Part shown: positions 18,313 to 27,135 of the stretch, piece by piece | How the letters are laid out: each line of letters starts with the position of its first letter | Position numbering within the stretch: the stretch's first letter is position 1 | From: Polyangia bacterium | Lineage (GTDB): Bacteria > Myxococcota_A > Polyangia > JAAYKL01 | DNA: 33,824 nucleotides | Direction of reading: 5' to 3' | NCBI GenBank assembly: GCA_050287845.1 | Contig: JBNKCR010000015.1 | Location: 1-33,824, forward strand | Position numbers and translations under genes: made by a program | The notes under the pieces: model-generated | What the model saw: the letters and a program-made list of their open reading frames with translations, nothing else | The model's database searches: none | Told to the model about the DNA's origin: nothing

Positions 18313-21300
18313 ATGAACCGTTTGGCGACTTTGGGAATTCTGTGGGGATTGATATTGTTTCTTTCCGGCGGTCTGGCTGAGGCCCAGCTTCGCGGCACGG
18401 GTGCAATGCGGGATATGTCCTGGAAGAAGGAGCTGGATGTGATGCTGGATACGCCCATTCCGGGGGAGACGCTGCAGTATGCGGGTATTTCCAGCAGCCA
18501 GCTTGAAAAACTGCTTGGCAAGCGAATTATGTCCATTGAAGCCGTTCGCCCCCCCAAGGGACTCGATCCGGTTCGGGATTTGAATATTGAATCCGGCGCG
18601 ATTCTGACTCGGGAATTGGCGCGTCAGATGGTGATGACCTTATGGGAGAGCGGTAAATATCGCCATGTTCAGATTTCCGCTCGCGAGTCCGGAACCGATG
18701 GTGTGGTGGTGCTGGTTCGGGTGGAGCCGATGTTTCGGGTGTCCCGGTTGGTGCTGGAGGGCAATGAGGCATTGAGTGAATCCGAGATAAAGCGGGCCAT
18801 CGGATATGCTCCCGGGGGTACGATTGTGCCTGAAAGCGAGGCATTGATTGACCTGCGGGATCGCCTGCTCAATGAATACGGAAAGCGCGGGTACAACGAC
18901 GCGACAGCCTCTGTGCGCCTTGAAACCACCGATGTTGTGTCGGAACTGGCACTGTTGATCGATGTGGTAGAAGGAACGCCGGATGAATATGTGGAGGTGA
19001 AGATTGTCGGGTTGACCGAGGAGCTTTCCCAGGAACAGCTGCTGAGAGCATCGGGACTGAAAAGGGGAATTATCCGGGATGAAGAGGCAGTGCAGGATGC
19101 GCTTTCGAAATTGTCAGCGACATTGTTTGAATTGGGGTATCCGGATGCCCGGATTCTCGACGAATATTCTACGACGCGAGTTGATCGGAATCGTTACTCC
19201 CTGACCATTCATGCCGTGGTGGGGCTGCGGACACTGATTGAGTTTTCCGGAAATGACAAACTGCGCAGACGGGATTTGCAGGAAGAGATTTGGCAGCCGG
19301 ATTTTCGAAGCGATGCGCGGGGAATTGAGAAGTCGGTAACGAAGCTCAAAGAGTACGCCCTGTCAAAGGGGTTGTTTCATGCAGAAGTGGTGGCCTATCG
19401 ACGATGCTACGCCAACCCGCAAAAATGGTATACGGTTTCATATAATCGACCATGCGAGAACCGGGATGTGACCTATCAGGCAATCCGATATCTCGTGAAA
19501 GAGGGCCCGCAGGTGGAAGTGGTGGATATCCTGATAGATGGCGCAAGGCATTTCAGTGTCAGTGACCTTCGGGATGAAACCTTTGCGTTTATAGCAGAAC
19601 AGAATCGGGAAGACGTGATGTTTGAGCCACTGAGCACCCGCGCCGTGAACGATGTTGTTGCTGAAAGCGATGACTTCATTGCCAAAGGCCGTCCCCGTGG
19701 CACGCGATCGGTTTACGAACGGCCGGAGAGCATCTATCATCCGAACAAGTATTTTGAAGCCATGCGGCATCTTGAGGATATTTACGCGGAACAGGGGTTC
19801 ATGGATGCCCGGGTCAGCGACGCCTGTGTGATTGAAAAACAGACATCCATTAAAAGAGCGGGGCGGACATTTCATCCGGTGTCTTTGCCATATAGTCGGG
19901 ATGCGGCCGGTGAAACAGGGGTGCGTCCCTGTGTTTATATTGATGATGCGCTGACATCACTGCTGGTGCAGGTGACTGTGACAGAAGGGGTGCAAACCCT
20001 CGTTGAAAACATTGATATTTCAGGCAATACGCCAGCGGTGTTCACCCGTGATGAATTGCTGGACGCAGGAAAACTCCATTTGGGCCAACCGTATAATGAA
20101 TACTTCGTTCGCGATGCTGCGGATTTGATTCTGAAAGCATACCAGGAACGGGGATACATGTTTGCCAACGTCACCTGGAACACGGCACTTTCGGAGGATG
20201 GAACCGCCGCACGGATTGCCGTTCGCATTGAAGAGGGGCCACAGGTGCGGGTGAACCGGATTGTTGTCAATTCCGATCGGACCAATAAGTGGTTCATTGA
20301 GAACAATCTGGGCTTTGAATCCGGAGATTTGGTCACGCCCACCGGACTGACCTCGGCGCGCCAGCGGGTGATGGATATGGGCGTGTTCAATTCGGCAACG
20401 GTGCAGATGCAGTCTCCGGGGATTGTCAGCGATAAAAAAAATATTTTGGTTACCGTGGTGGAGCGCCGAAGTCAGTATCTGGAACTGCGCGCCGGTGCGG
20501 CAACCGAGCAGGGCGTGCGCGGTGGATTTGAATATGGGCATCGGAATATTGCCGGACTTGCCATTAATTATCGACTCAAGATCAGAGCCAACTATCGACC
20601 TGAATACTGGTTTCTGGGCAGTGACGCCGAAGAATTCCGAAATGACCTCGACGCCAGATATTACCATCAGGGTGTGGCAAATATTTTCAAGTGGCTGGAA
20701 TGGTACGTATTCACCGGATTCCGCACGTCAAATATCCCGGGCACATCGGGACTTCTGGGTACCGGTGTGGACGTCACTTTTGAAAATCTGAATCGTCGGG
20801 GATTCAGTGCGCTTAAAATTACGCCCAAATACAGGCTCACATCACATTATCTGCGGTTTCTGCCCATTGAACTGTCCACGGGTGTCGATGGCACGATTGT
20901 GTTGCCTGCAGCGTCCCCGAATGCGAGCATTGCAGCCAGTACCTACAGCCGGTTACCAAAGGGGAAAGCGGTGTTCTGGGTAACCGGGCTCAGTGTTGCA
21001 CTGGATTTCCGGGACAGCCCCCTGGATCCCAAGGAAGGGGTGTTTCTGGCGGTGAAGGGCGAATACGTGCACTCCCTGGATAAATACACGGAGCAGCAGA
21101 TAGATGATGTGGATGCCAAATCCCGTTACATTCGGTTTATCAGCAGTCTCAGCGGGTATATTCCGTTTTCCGGCAAACGGAACGTGCTGGCCCTTTCCAC
21201 TACCATCGGATACATGTTTCACATCAGTAGCGGTTCCAGTGCCTGGGCTGACCGGTACTATTATATGGGGGGCGTGGGTACACTGCGGGGGTTCAAATCC

Positions 21301-21690
21301 GATACCCTTTTTCCCCAGGATTTGAAGCCCGTATACGATCCGAACACTGGAGATCTGGTCCAGAACTATGGTGGTGAAGCCATGTTTCTGCTCCGCGCGG
21401 AGCTGCGCCATGATTTTGGGAAGAACATCGTTGGCGTGGTATTTGGCGAGGCGGGAAATGTATGGCGGAACCCGGATAATTTCCTCCGGAACAACGCCGG
21501 CGACTTCTCGCCATTTCTGCTTCGTCCCACTTCGGGTCTGGGAATCCATTACAACACACCGGTGGGGCCCCTGGCATTTGATGTGGGGGTAAATCTGAAC
21601 CGGAACAAAGAACTGAAAGTGAATCAGAATTCCAACGTGCTGGCTGAAGCATTGTGGGCGTGGTACTTTTCTATCGGCAGCGCATTTTAG
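18313..21690 (+). CDS. Omp85 (BamA/TamA family) outer-membrane protein with about 7 POTRA domains
   Basis: Signal peptide and POTRA-start motifs (VSRLVLEGN, IEFSGND, VDILIDG, VENIDISGN, VNRIVVN). Barrel motifs DFRDS.LDP..G, YYMGG..TLRGF and GLGI.Y.TPVGPLAFD. C-terminal beta-signal YFSIGSAF. Confidence 0.92.
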   Translation: MNRLATLGILWGLILFLSGGLAEAQLRGTGAMRDMSWKKELDVMLDTPIPGETLQYAGISSSQLEKLLGKRIMSIEAVRPPKGLDPVRDLNIESGAILTRELARQMVMTLWESGKYRHVQISARESGTDGVVVLVRVEPMFRVSRLVLEGNEALSESEIKRAIGYAPGGTIVPESEALIDLRDRLLNEYGKRGYNDATASVRLETTDVVSELALLIDVVEGTPDEYVEVKIVGLTEELSQEQLLRASGLKRGIIRDEEAVQDALSKLSATLFELGYPDARILDEYSTTRVDRNRYSLTIHAVVGLRTLIEFSGNDKLRRRDLQEEIWQPDFRSDARGIEKSVTKLKEYALSKGLFHAEVVAYRRCYANPQKWYTVSYNRPCENRDVTYQAIRYLVKEGPQVEVVDILIDGARHFSVSDLRDETFAFIAEQNREDVMFEPLSTRAVNDVVAESDDFIAKGRPRGTRSVYERPESIYHPNKYFEAMRHLEDIYAEQGFMDARVSDACVIEKQTSIKRAGRTFHPVSLPYSRDAAGETGVRPCVYIDDALTSLLVQVTVTEGVQTLVENIDISGNTPAVFTRDELLDAGKLHLGQPYNEYFVRDAADLILKAYQERGYMFANVTWNTALSEDGTAARIAVRIEEGPQVRVNRIVVNSDRTNKWFIENNLGFESGDLVTPTGLTSARQRVMDMGVFNSATVQMQSPGIVSDKKNILVTVVERRSQYLELRAGAATEQGVRGGFEYGHRNIAGLAINYRLKIRANYRPEYWFLGSDAEEFRNDLDARYYHQGVANIFKWLEWYVFTGFRTSNIPGTSGLLGTGVDVTFENLNRRGFSALKITPKYRLTSHYLRFLPIELSTGVDGTIVLPAASPNASIAASTYSRLPKGKAVFWVTGLSVALDFRDSPLDPKEGVFLAVKGEYVHSLDKYTEQQIDDVDAKSRYIRFISSLSGYIPFSGKRNVLALSTTIGYMFHISSGSSAWADRYYYMGGVGTLRGFKSDTLFPQDLKPVYDPNTGDLVQNYGGEAMFLLRAELRHDFGKNIVGVVFGEAGNVWRNPDNFLRNNAGDFSPFLLRPTSGLGIHYNTPVGPLAFDVGVNLNRNKELKVNQNSNVLAEALWAWYFSIGSAF

Positions 21691-21794
21691 ATTTTTACCT
21701 CATGTTGCTGGTTTCGGTTTCATATGAAATCCCGGAGGCAAAACCTGGCAATATTATTTCAATCACTGTCACCTTTGTTCATAATCTTGTTGTT

Positions 21795-23576
21795 CTATTT
21801 CTTCCGATTTTTCTTTCGGGATTTCTTTTGCTGTTTTCGTTTTTTCTTTTTGTCTTTGTTTGTCTTCAGAGGTTTAGGTGGCGAATCGAAGGCACCCCTT
21901 TCCCAGAATGCCTGCCGTGCCGCTTCCGCATCTGCTATGGTTTTCTCCCATTTCTCCCGGTCGGGATGGGACAGCGCATGGATTTCATCTATCCGTTTGA
22001 GTGCGCTGGCGCCGCTTCTCCATTCCGCATGAGGCAACAGCAACGGAATGAATTCAGGCGCAGCAATATCCTTCATGTTCTCCAGGAAAATCTCATCTTC
22101 AGACATGTCGGCTTTTAAAATGGCGTCCACCACCCGTTTGCATGGCCAGGCCGCCAATACACTTTGAAGATAAATTTCCGTTCCATCGCCTTTACCCGGT
22201 AACGCTGCGGAGATCACAGCATCAATGGCAGCGCCGCCCAGTGACTTCAATGCGCGGTTTGCTGCTTCATTGGTGAAATCTCCAAGATCTGCCTCAATGA
22301 CTTCAATTAAACCCTTTGTAAGGGGGGCACACACACCAGGCGTCTTTTTTTCCAATCTCGGAATCAATTTGGCGACACGTAAAATTCGATTGTGTTTCGT
22401 TTCGCTGACATCGGCCAACGCGTCAACCAGTGCTGAAACGATGATGTCCGATTCCAGCGTCAGACATTCACGTTCAAAATCAACAAACAGTTGCGGCCTT
22501 GTTGATGCGATGAGGTCTGTGATGTTTTTGGCACGATTATCTGATTCCGCCACAACCACTTGATCATCCTGCGCCACCGTGGCATGTAAATACAGTGCTG
22601 TGGCAAGGGCCGCTTCACTGTTGGCAATATCTTTTTCCCGAGTCCTTCCCGAAGGCTTTTGTAACTCGTCCAATACGATGTAACTCTGTGCAATCCATTT
22701 CTGAAATGGCGTCAGAGCAGTATCGATATTGAGACCTTCAATCCATGTTTTGATATCCCATCTGTTTTTCTCCGCAAGCTCTTTAAACGCCTCAAAAATA
22801 ACAGAGGAAACCTGTTCAGCGGAAGCGCTGCGAATCGACATCAGTGAATCGAGAAAATCCGATGCCACCGGGGTTTCCCCTCCAATGAAAAAATTGATTT
22901 CCTCCTGCATCCATTCAGTGGACTCCCAGTGATTTCCAAGCTGCCGGGCAAAAAAATGACAATCGAGCAGGTCCTCAATCAAAGACAGATGACTTTGTTC
23001 GAAACGCTGCGCTGCCGGTACATATTTTCTGCATGCCGCAACGGCTTTGCGCAAAATTGCTTCCGGCATAAAAGGCACCATAAACATCACCAGAAAAGGC
23101 AACCCGTATTTCGTGTCCATGCTGGTCCATGAAAAGTTTTCCAGCTGTTCCAGCGCCTTTTCGGGAGTGCATTCGCAGATAAACTGCAATTGGGTCAATA
23201 AGGCATGCTCCGTTGCGTCGTCAGGATTTGCTTCGATTTTCTCCTCGACAATTCGCAGTGCCTCCAAATCTTTAAACTGCCTGCAAATATCTGCAATTCT
23301 TGCGAATGAATCATTTGGCGGAAGTTCCTCAAGCAGTTTTCGTAACTGCGGCCCATGGGTCTCCAGATTCCCCCGGTTCGCAATCAACTTTGCCGCCAAG
23401 TCGCATGAAAAATCATGATTCCGTAAAAAAACACTAAAAATATTCTCGGGAATGCGCGGATAATACAGCCGGTTCAAATGCCGCAGCGACCACAGCACAA
23501 TTTCATTGTCAGGGTGCGCCAACAGTTCGCAAAGTTTTTCATATGAATAAAGTAATTCCTGGTTGTGGTTGGTCAT
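21795..23576 (-). CDS. Hypothetical alpha-helical (HEAT-like) protein with polybasic C-terminal tail
   Basis: 593-aa ORF with helical, repeat-like composition (LLAHPDNEIVLWSLRHL, EAANRALKSLGGAAI). Ends KKKKRKQQKKSRKKNRKK. Confidence 0.7.
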   Translation of the reverse strand: MTNHNQELLYSYEKLCELLAHPDNEIVLWSLRHLNRLYYPRIPENIFSVFLRNHDFSCDLAAKLIANRGNLETHGPQLRKLLEELPPNDSFARIADICRQFKDLEALRIVEEKIEANPDDATEHALLTQLQFICECTPEKALEQLENFSWTSMDTKYGLPFLVMFMVPFMPEAILRKAVAACRKYVPAAQRFEQSHLSLIEDLLDCHFFARQLGNHWESTEWMQEEINFFIGGETPVASDFLDSLMSIRSASAEQVSSVIFEAFKELAEKNRWDIKTWIEGLNIDTALTPFQKWIAQSYIVLDELQKPSGRTREKDIANSEAALATALYLHATVAQDDQVVVAESDNRAKNITDLIASTRPQLFVDFERECLTLESDIIVSALVDALADVSETKHNRILRVAKLIPRLEKKTPGVCAPLTKGLIEVIEADLGDFTNEAANRALKSLGGAAIDAVISAALPGKGDGTEIYLQSVLAAWPCKRVVDAILKADMSEDEIFLENMKDIAAPEFIPLLLPHAEWRSGASALKRIDEIHALSHPDREKWEKTIADAEAARQAFWERGAFDSPPKPLKTNKDKKKKRKQQKKSRKKNRKK

Positions 23577-23667
23577 GGTTTGGTGATTCTTTCCGGTTAA
23601 AAGTGTTTCGTTGAAATCGATAACAAATCATCCGCAGCAATTCCAGCTCCAAATATCGATAAACATT

Positions 23668-23688
23668 GATGCGAATCCGAGCCGCATC
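23668..23688 (-). terminator. Possible weak intrinsic terminator hairpin after the DUF790 gene
   Basis: GATGCG-N9-CGCATC stem just past the stop codon, followed on the minus strand by an imperfect U-tract (AATGTTTAT). Confidence 0.3.
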
Positions 23689-23698
23689 GATTTGCCCA

Positions 23699-24910
23699 TC
23701 AGGGAGACTTGGCGTTTAACATTTCAGCAATACGTGCGGCATTCATGACGCCTTTATATACATAAAGCGCCCCTGGCAGATCATCTCCAAGGACCTCTTC
23801 GCTGACACGCAGTCGGCTGGAGACGGCGAAAACGATTCGCTGGGGGAGACCGGCCTCTACCAGTTCAACCCGTTTCCAGACGGCATCGCGACTCCAGAAT
23901 CCCATCACTTCAAGGTATGCCACTTCACCTGTGGTGCGATGGACAAAGGTGAGGTCGGGAATGCAGAGCCCAACCCCTGGCAGCTCCAGCACGTCACTCG
24001 AAGGAGAAGCATTCCATTCAGCGCCCAATTTGTTGAATCGTTCGAGAAGAACGGCGACTTCGTCGATGAGCATGGGGTCTTCCTGTGACGCATCGGATTG
24101 ACATTCTCCTTCCATGTGAAACCGGAGTGGCTGCTTCTCTTTGCCCCAAATCACCTGTGCGTCGAGTTTCCACGTGCCACATTCGTCCAGCGCCGGTACC
24201 AGCGAGGCGAGTTTCAATCCGTATTTAGTCCCCTGTCTGAACATGCTGAACGGTCCGTCGATATCAATATGATAACCGCCACTTTGCAGCGGCGTGATAA
24301 CGTGCAGCAGACCCAGAAACTTCAGTTTGTGAAAGAATCTTCGAAGGGACGTCGCCACATCCGTCTGAATGACCACCGTCACCTGCGTCGCCTTTAGAAG
24401 CACTGCCTGCCCCTGACTCTTTCGGTATATATCGACAAGCGCCGCAGGTGACACCGACTCAAATGACTGCAGGCGGTGAGCGTCTTTAAGGTCACAAAAC
24501 AGCAAACTGTCCGCCGTTTCACCGGATATGCTCAGTTCTGCACCTGCTGCATTGAGAATGTCGTCGCGATTAAAATCGGCAGTATTTGCTGCGGCCTGCC
24601 TTTTTTGGCTGGCCTTTTTAAACACAGCTTCACGCAGCGCAACGGGATCCACATCATCAGACATTTCGAAAACGCACCGGTCCTGAACCAGTTTAAGCAG
24701 CCCGGCAGCCAGTTTGCGATCCTGGACGCGTACATCAATCCCAGTACAGCGGGTATCAAAATCTTCGCTGGTTTGCCCCTGGTGGCTCTTCGCAATATCG
24801 ATATATGCTTTTGCAATCTCCAGCGCTTCATCCCGTTCATTTCGATTCAATTGTCGAACAAACAGGCGGTTTCCCCTGCGCCAGGCTCTGACAAGATTAG
24901 CGGTAAGCAT
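23699..24910 (-). CDS. bax1: DUF790 / Bax1 structure-specific endonuclease (XPB partner)
   Basis: MLTxxL start, IDGP.S.F....KYG.KLA, and the nuclease core IPDLTF...YLEVMGFWS. The start overlaps the helicase stop by 14 bp. Confidence 0.9.
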   Translation of the reverse strand: MLTANLVRAWRRGNRLFVRQLNRNERDEALEIAKAYIDIAKSHQGQTSEDFDTRCTGIDVRVQDRKLAAGLLKLVQDRCVFEMSDDVDPVALREAVFKKASQKRQAAANTADFNRDDILNAAGAELSISGETADSLLFCDLKDAHRLQSFESVSPAALVDIYRKSQGQAVLLKATQVTVVIQTDVATSLRRFFHKLKFLGLLHVITPLQSGGYHIDIDGPFSMFRQGTKYGLKLASLVPALDECGTWKLDAQVIWGKEKQPLRFHMEGECQSDASQEDPMLIDEVAVLLERFNKLGAEWNASPSSDVLELPGVGLCIPDLTFVHRTTGEVAYLEVMGFWSRDAVWKRVELVEAGLPQRIVFAVSSRLRVSEEVLGDDLPGALYVYKGVMNAARIAEMLNAKSP

Positions 24911-26291
24911 TGTGGTCCCTCCGCCTCTCGCTTACAAATGCTTCGCTGGTGCTGCCCGCCACCAGCTCGTATAACACCGCTTTTGTGCCGTCCTTTTTCT
25001 TGCGTAGAATTCGCCCCAGCCGCTGAACATGTTCCCGCACAGAAGCGCTGCCGGACACAATGATTGCGATATTTGCCTCCGGTACATCAACGCCTTCATT
25101 TAATACCTTCGATGTCGCAATCGCGCTATATGTGCCGTCTGCCAACCCGGAAAGAATCGCGCTGCGTTCAGTGACCTTTGTCTGATGGGTAATCACCGGA
25201 ATAAGAAATCGTTTTGAAATGGCGTAGGCGGTAGCATTGTCCTGGGTAAACAGAATCGTTTTGTCGAGGCGATGCTGATGGAGCAGGTGGGCCACATATT
25301 CCAGTTTTGATGGTGCAGTAAACGCGAGATTGCGCTGTCGCTGATACGCCTCCATTGCACGGCGTCCCTGTGGGCTGCGCGCGGACTGAATGATGAACTG
25401 GTTCCAGCCGTCTGGCTCTCTCATGTTAATCCCGGCTGAAGAAGTAAAATTGCGGTATATCATTCGGGCCTCGCGGTACTCTGCCAGCTCTTCCGGGCTC
25501 AAATCCACCGTTACCCGCTCCACATCATATTCCGCCAGATACTCGCCCGTCATTTCGCGGATATCGCGCCTGTAAACCAGTGGACCGATGAGTTCGTCGA
25601 GTTCTGAATGCCGTCCATCCGCCCGCTCCGGCGTCGCGGAAAGCCCCAGCCGAAACGGCGCCAGACAAAACCTCGCCGCATACCCGTAAACCTCGCCAGG
25701 CAAATGGTGACATTCGTCAAATACAATCAGGCCAAACCGATTGCCCAGGTGTTCCATATGCAGGTGCGCCGAGTCGTATGTGGTTACAGTTAGCGACGCC
25801 ACCGAATGTTCGCCGCCGCCAATAACGCCCACCGGCCCGTTGAAGCTCATGCGCAATAAATCGTACCACTGACGCACCAGGTCCAGGGTGGGGGCGACCA
25901 CCAGCGTGCTGCGCCGTTTCGCGTCTACCGCCATTAACGCCACATGGCTTTTGCCTGCGCCGGTGGGCAACACAACAACACCGCGCCCGCCCGCTCGATT
26001 CCATGCATCAATCGCCTGTGACTGAAAAGGTCTTGCTTCTCTTTTAACACGCAGACCGGCATCAAGAATGGCGTAATCCCGGGCTTCGTCGTCATACGCC
26101 ATCTTCCCGCGCACAAAAGTCATCACCACATCCGCATATGCCGACGCCGGGCCGCGAAAACAGCGCGCACGTTTGTCAAAGGTGCAGGTGGCAGGAAGCA
26201 GTGTTTCATCGGTTAATCCCCGAATTTCAAGCGTGCCTCGGTTAAAGCACAGGTGGGGGCGGGCAGATTCCGTTGTTTCCTGAATGGTCAT
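24897..26291 (-). CDS. xpb: XPB/Rad25-type SF2 DNA helicase (archaeal XPB2-like)
   Basis: Walker A LPTGAGKS, DECH, LSATPERADG (RED-motif position), VLNEGVD and QRLGRILR. Start set at MTIQE (26291) because the longer ORF overlaps the real upstream gene. Confidence 0.92.
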   Translation of the reverse strand: MTIQETTESARPHLCFNRGTLEIRGLTDETLLPATCTFDKRARCFRGPASAYADVVMTFVRGKMAYDDEARDYAILDAGLRVKREARPFQSQAIDAWNRAGGRGVVVLPTGAGKSHVALMAVDAKRRSTLVVAPTLDLVRQWYDLLRMSFNGPVGVIGGGEHSVASLTVTTYDSAHLHMEHLGNRFGLIVFDECHHLPGEVYGYAARFCLAPFRLGLSATPERADGRHSELDELIGPLVYRRDIREMTGEYLAEYDVERVTVDLSPEELAEYREARMIYRNFTSSAGINMREPDGWNQFIIQSARSPQGRRAMEAYQRQRNLAFTAPSKLEYVAHLLHQHRLDKTILFTQDNATAYAISKRFLIPVITHQTKVTERSAILSGLADGTYSAIATSKVLNEGVDVPEANIAIIVSGSASVREHVQRLGRILRKKKDGTKAVLYELVAGSTSEAFVSERRRDHNAYR

Positions 26292-26301
26292 CGCGAAAGG
26301 C

Positions 26302-26631
26302 TCATTTAAAAAGTTGAATAACCCGCTTATCCCAGTGCGTTCCCTCCCAGCCGGTGATGATACCGTGGTCGTCGCAGAACGAACATTCCCACTCAATCTC
26401 TCTGTGGTTTTCATCGCAACACAGACGAATGTTGCCGGCACAGGGTTTACGGCGGGGACGTCGTCGACAGCGAATATCCGTATCGTGTGCCAATATTGGC
26501 GGGAGCCTCGTCGCTGCCTCAACTATGCGACCGAAATATTCTGTGAGCTTTAGAGCCGACGCGGGTATGTCGACATCCGGATTCCGGACGTCAGGCAAGT
26601 CTGTCATATCTGTAATCCAGGTGTTTCCCAT
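26302..26631 (-). CDS. Small Cys-rich, putative zinc-binding hypothetical protein
   Basis: 109 aa with an AAGGA RBS. Motif C-RRRPRRKP-C...W.CxxC.D.G.I.GW.GT.WD. Its stop lies 10 bp before the helicase ATG. Confidence 0.75.
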   Translation of the reverse strand: MGNTWITDMTDLPDVRNPDVDIPASALKLTEYFGRIVEAATRLPPILAHDTDIRCRRRPRRKPCAGNIRLCCDENHREIEWECSFCDDHGIITGWEGTHWDKRVIQLFK

Positions 26632-27087
26632 GATGATTCCTTGAGCTGTCCGTTGTTCTGTGTTTTACGATGCCAGGATCTGCAGTAACAACGGTTCAAG
26701 CCTCCTCGGTGATTACCAGTTGGTGACGGATTGGGCTACAGTAAATCCACATTGCTCCTGCAATAGCAGTCAAATTGGCTATCTGAACCGGCATGGGGAC
26801 ATTTGACACAACCGATTTCGCAATCTGAACAGGTGGAATTGTCATTTCAACATATGGAACTGCTATGTGAAACCTGCACATCGCTATTTGGCGTCATCGT
26901 TCGTTTGGTAGCATCGCCAGTTCAGACGGGAAGCGCTCCGGTTCAGACGACGGCGTTGAAGACGACAATGACGTAAAATTTGCCGTGCTCAACCCGGCTC
27001 GTATGGAGGACAATGACGCCGCCTCCACCCTTGCTCAGGCGCTGTTCGACTATACCACTCTGGCTATGCCGCTGGCTTGAAACCATG

Positions 27088-27093
27088 TATAAT
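27088..27093 (+). promoter_or_regulatory. Consensus -10 hexamer TATAAT upstream of the beta-helix lipoprotein
   Basis: Perfect TATAAT about 30 bp before the AGGAGG RBS (27124-27129). No good -35. Confidence 0.35.
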
Positions 27094-27135
27094 GGCCGGC
27101 AACTGTTCCGATTCTGAACATGCAGGAGGTCATTG

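Noticed and set aside
26292..26522. 77-aa N-terminal extension of the XPB ORF
   Set aside because: It overlaps the better-supported 109-aa gene in another frame. Helicase-like sequence starts after MTIQE.
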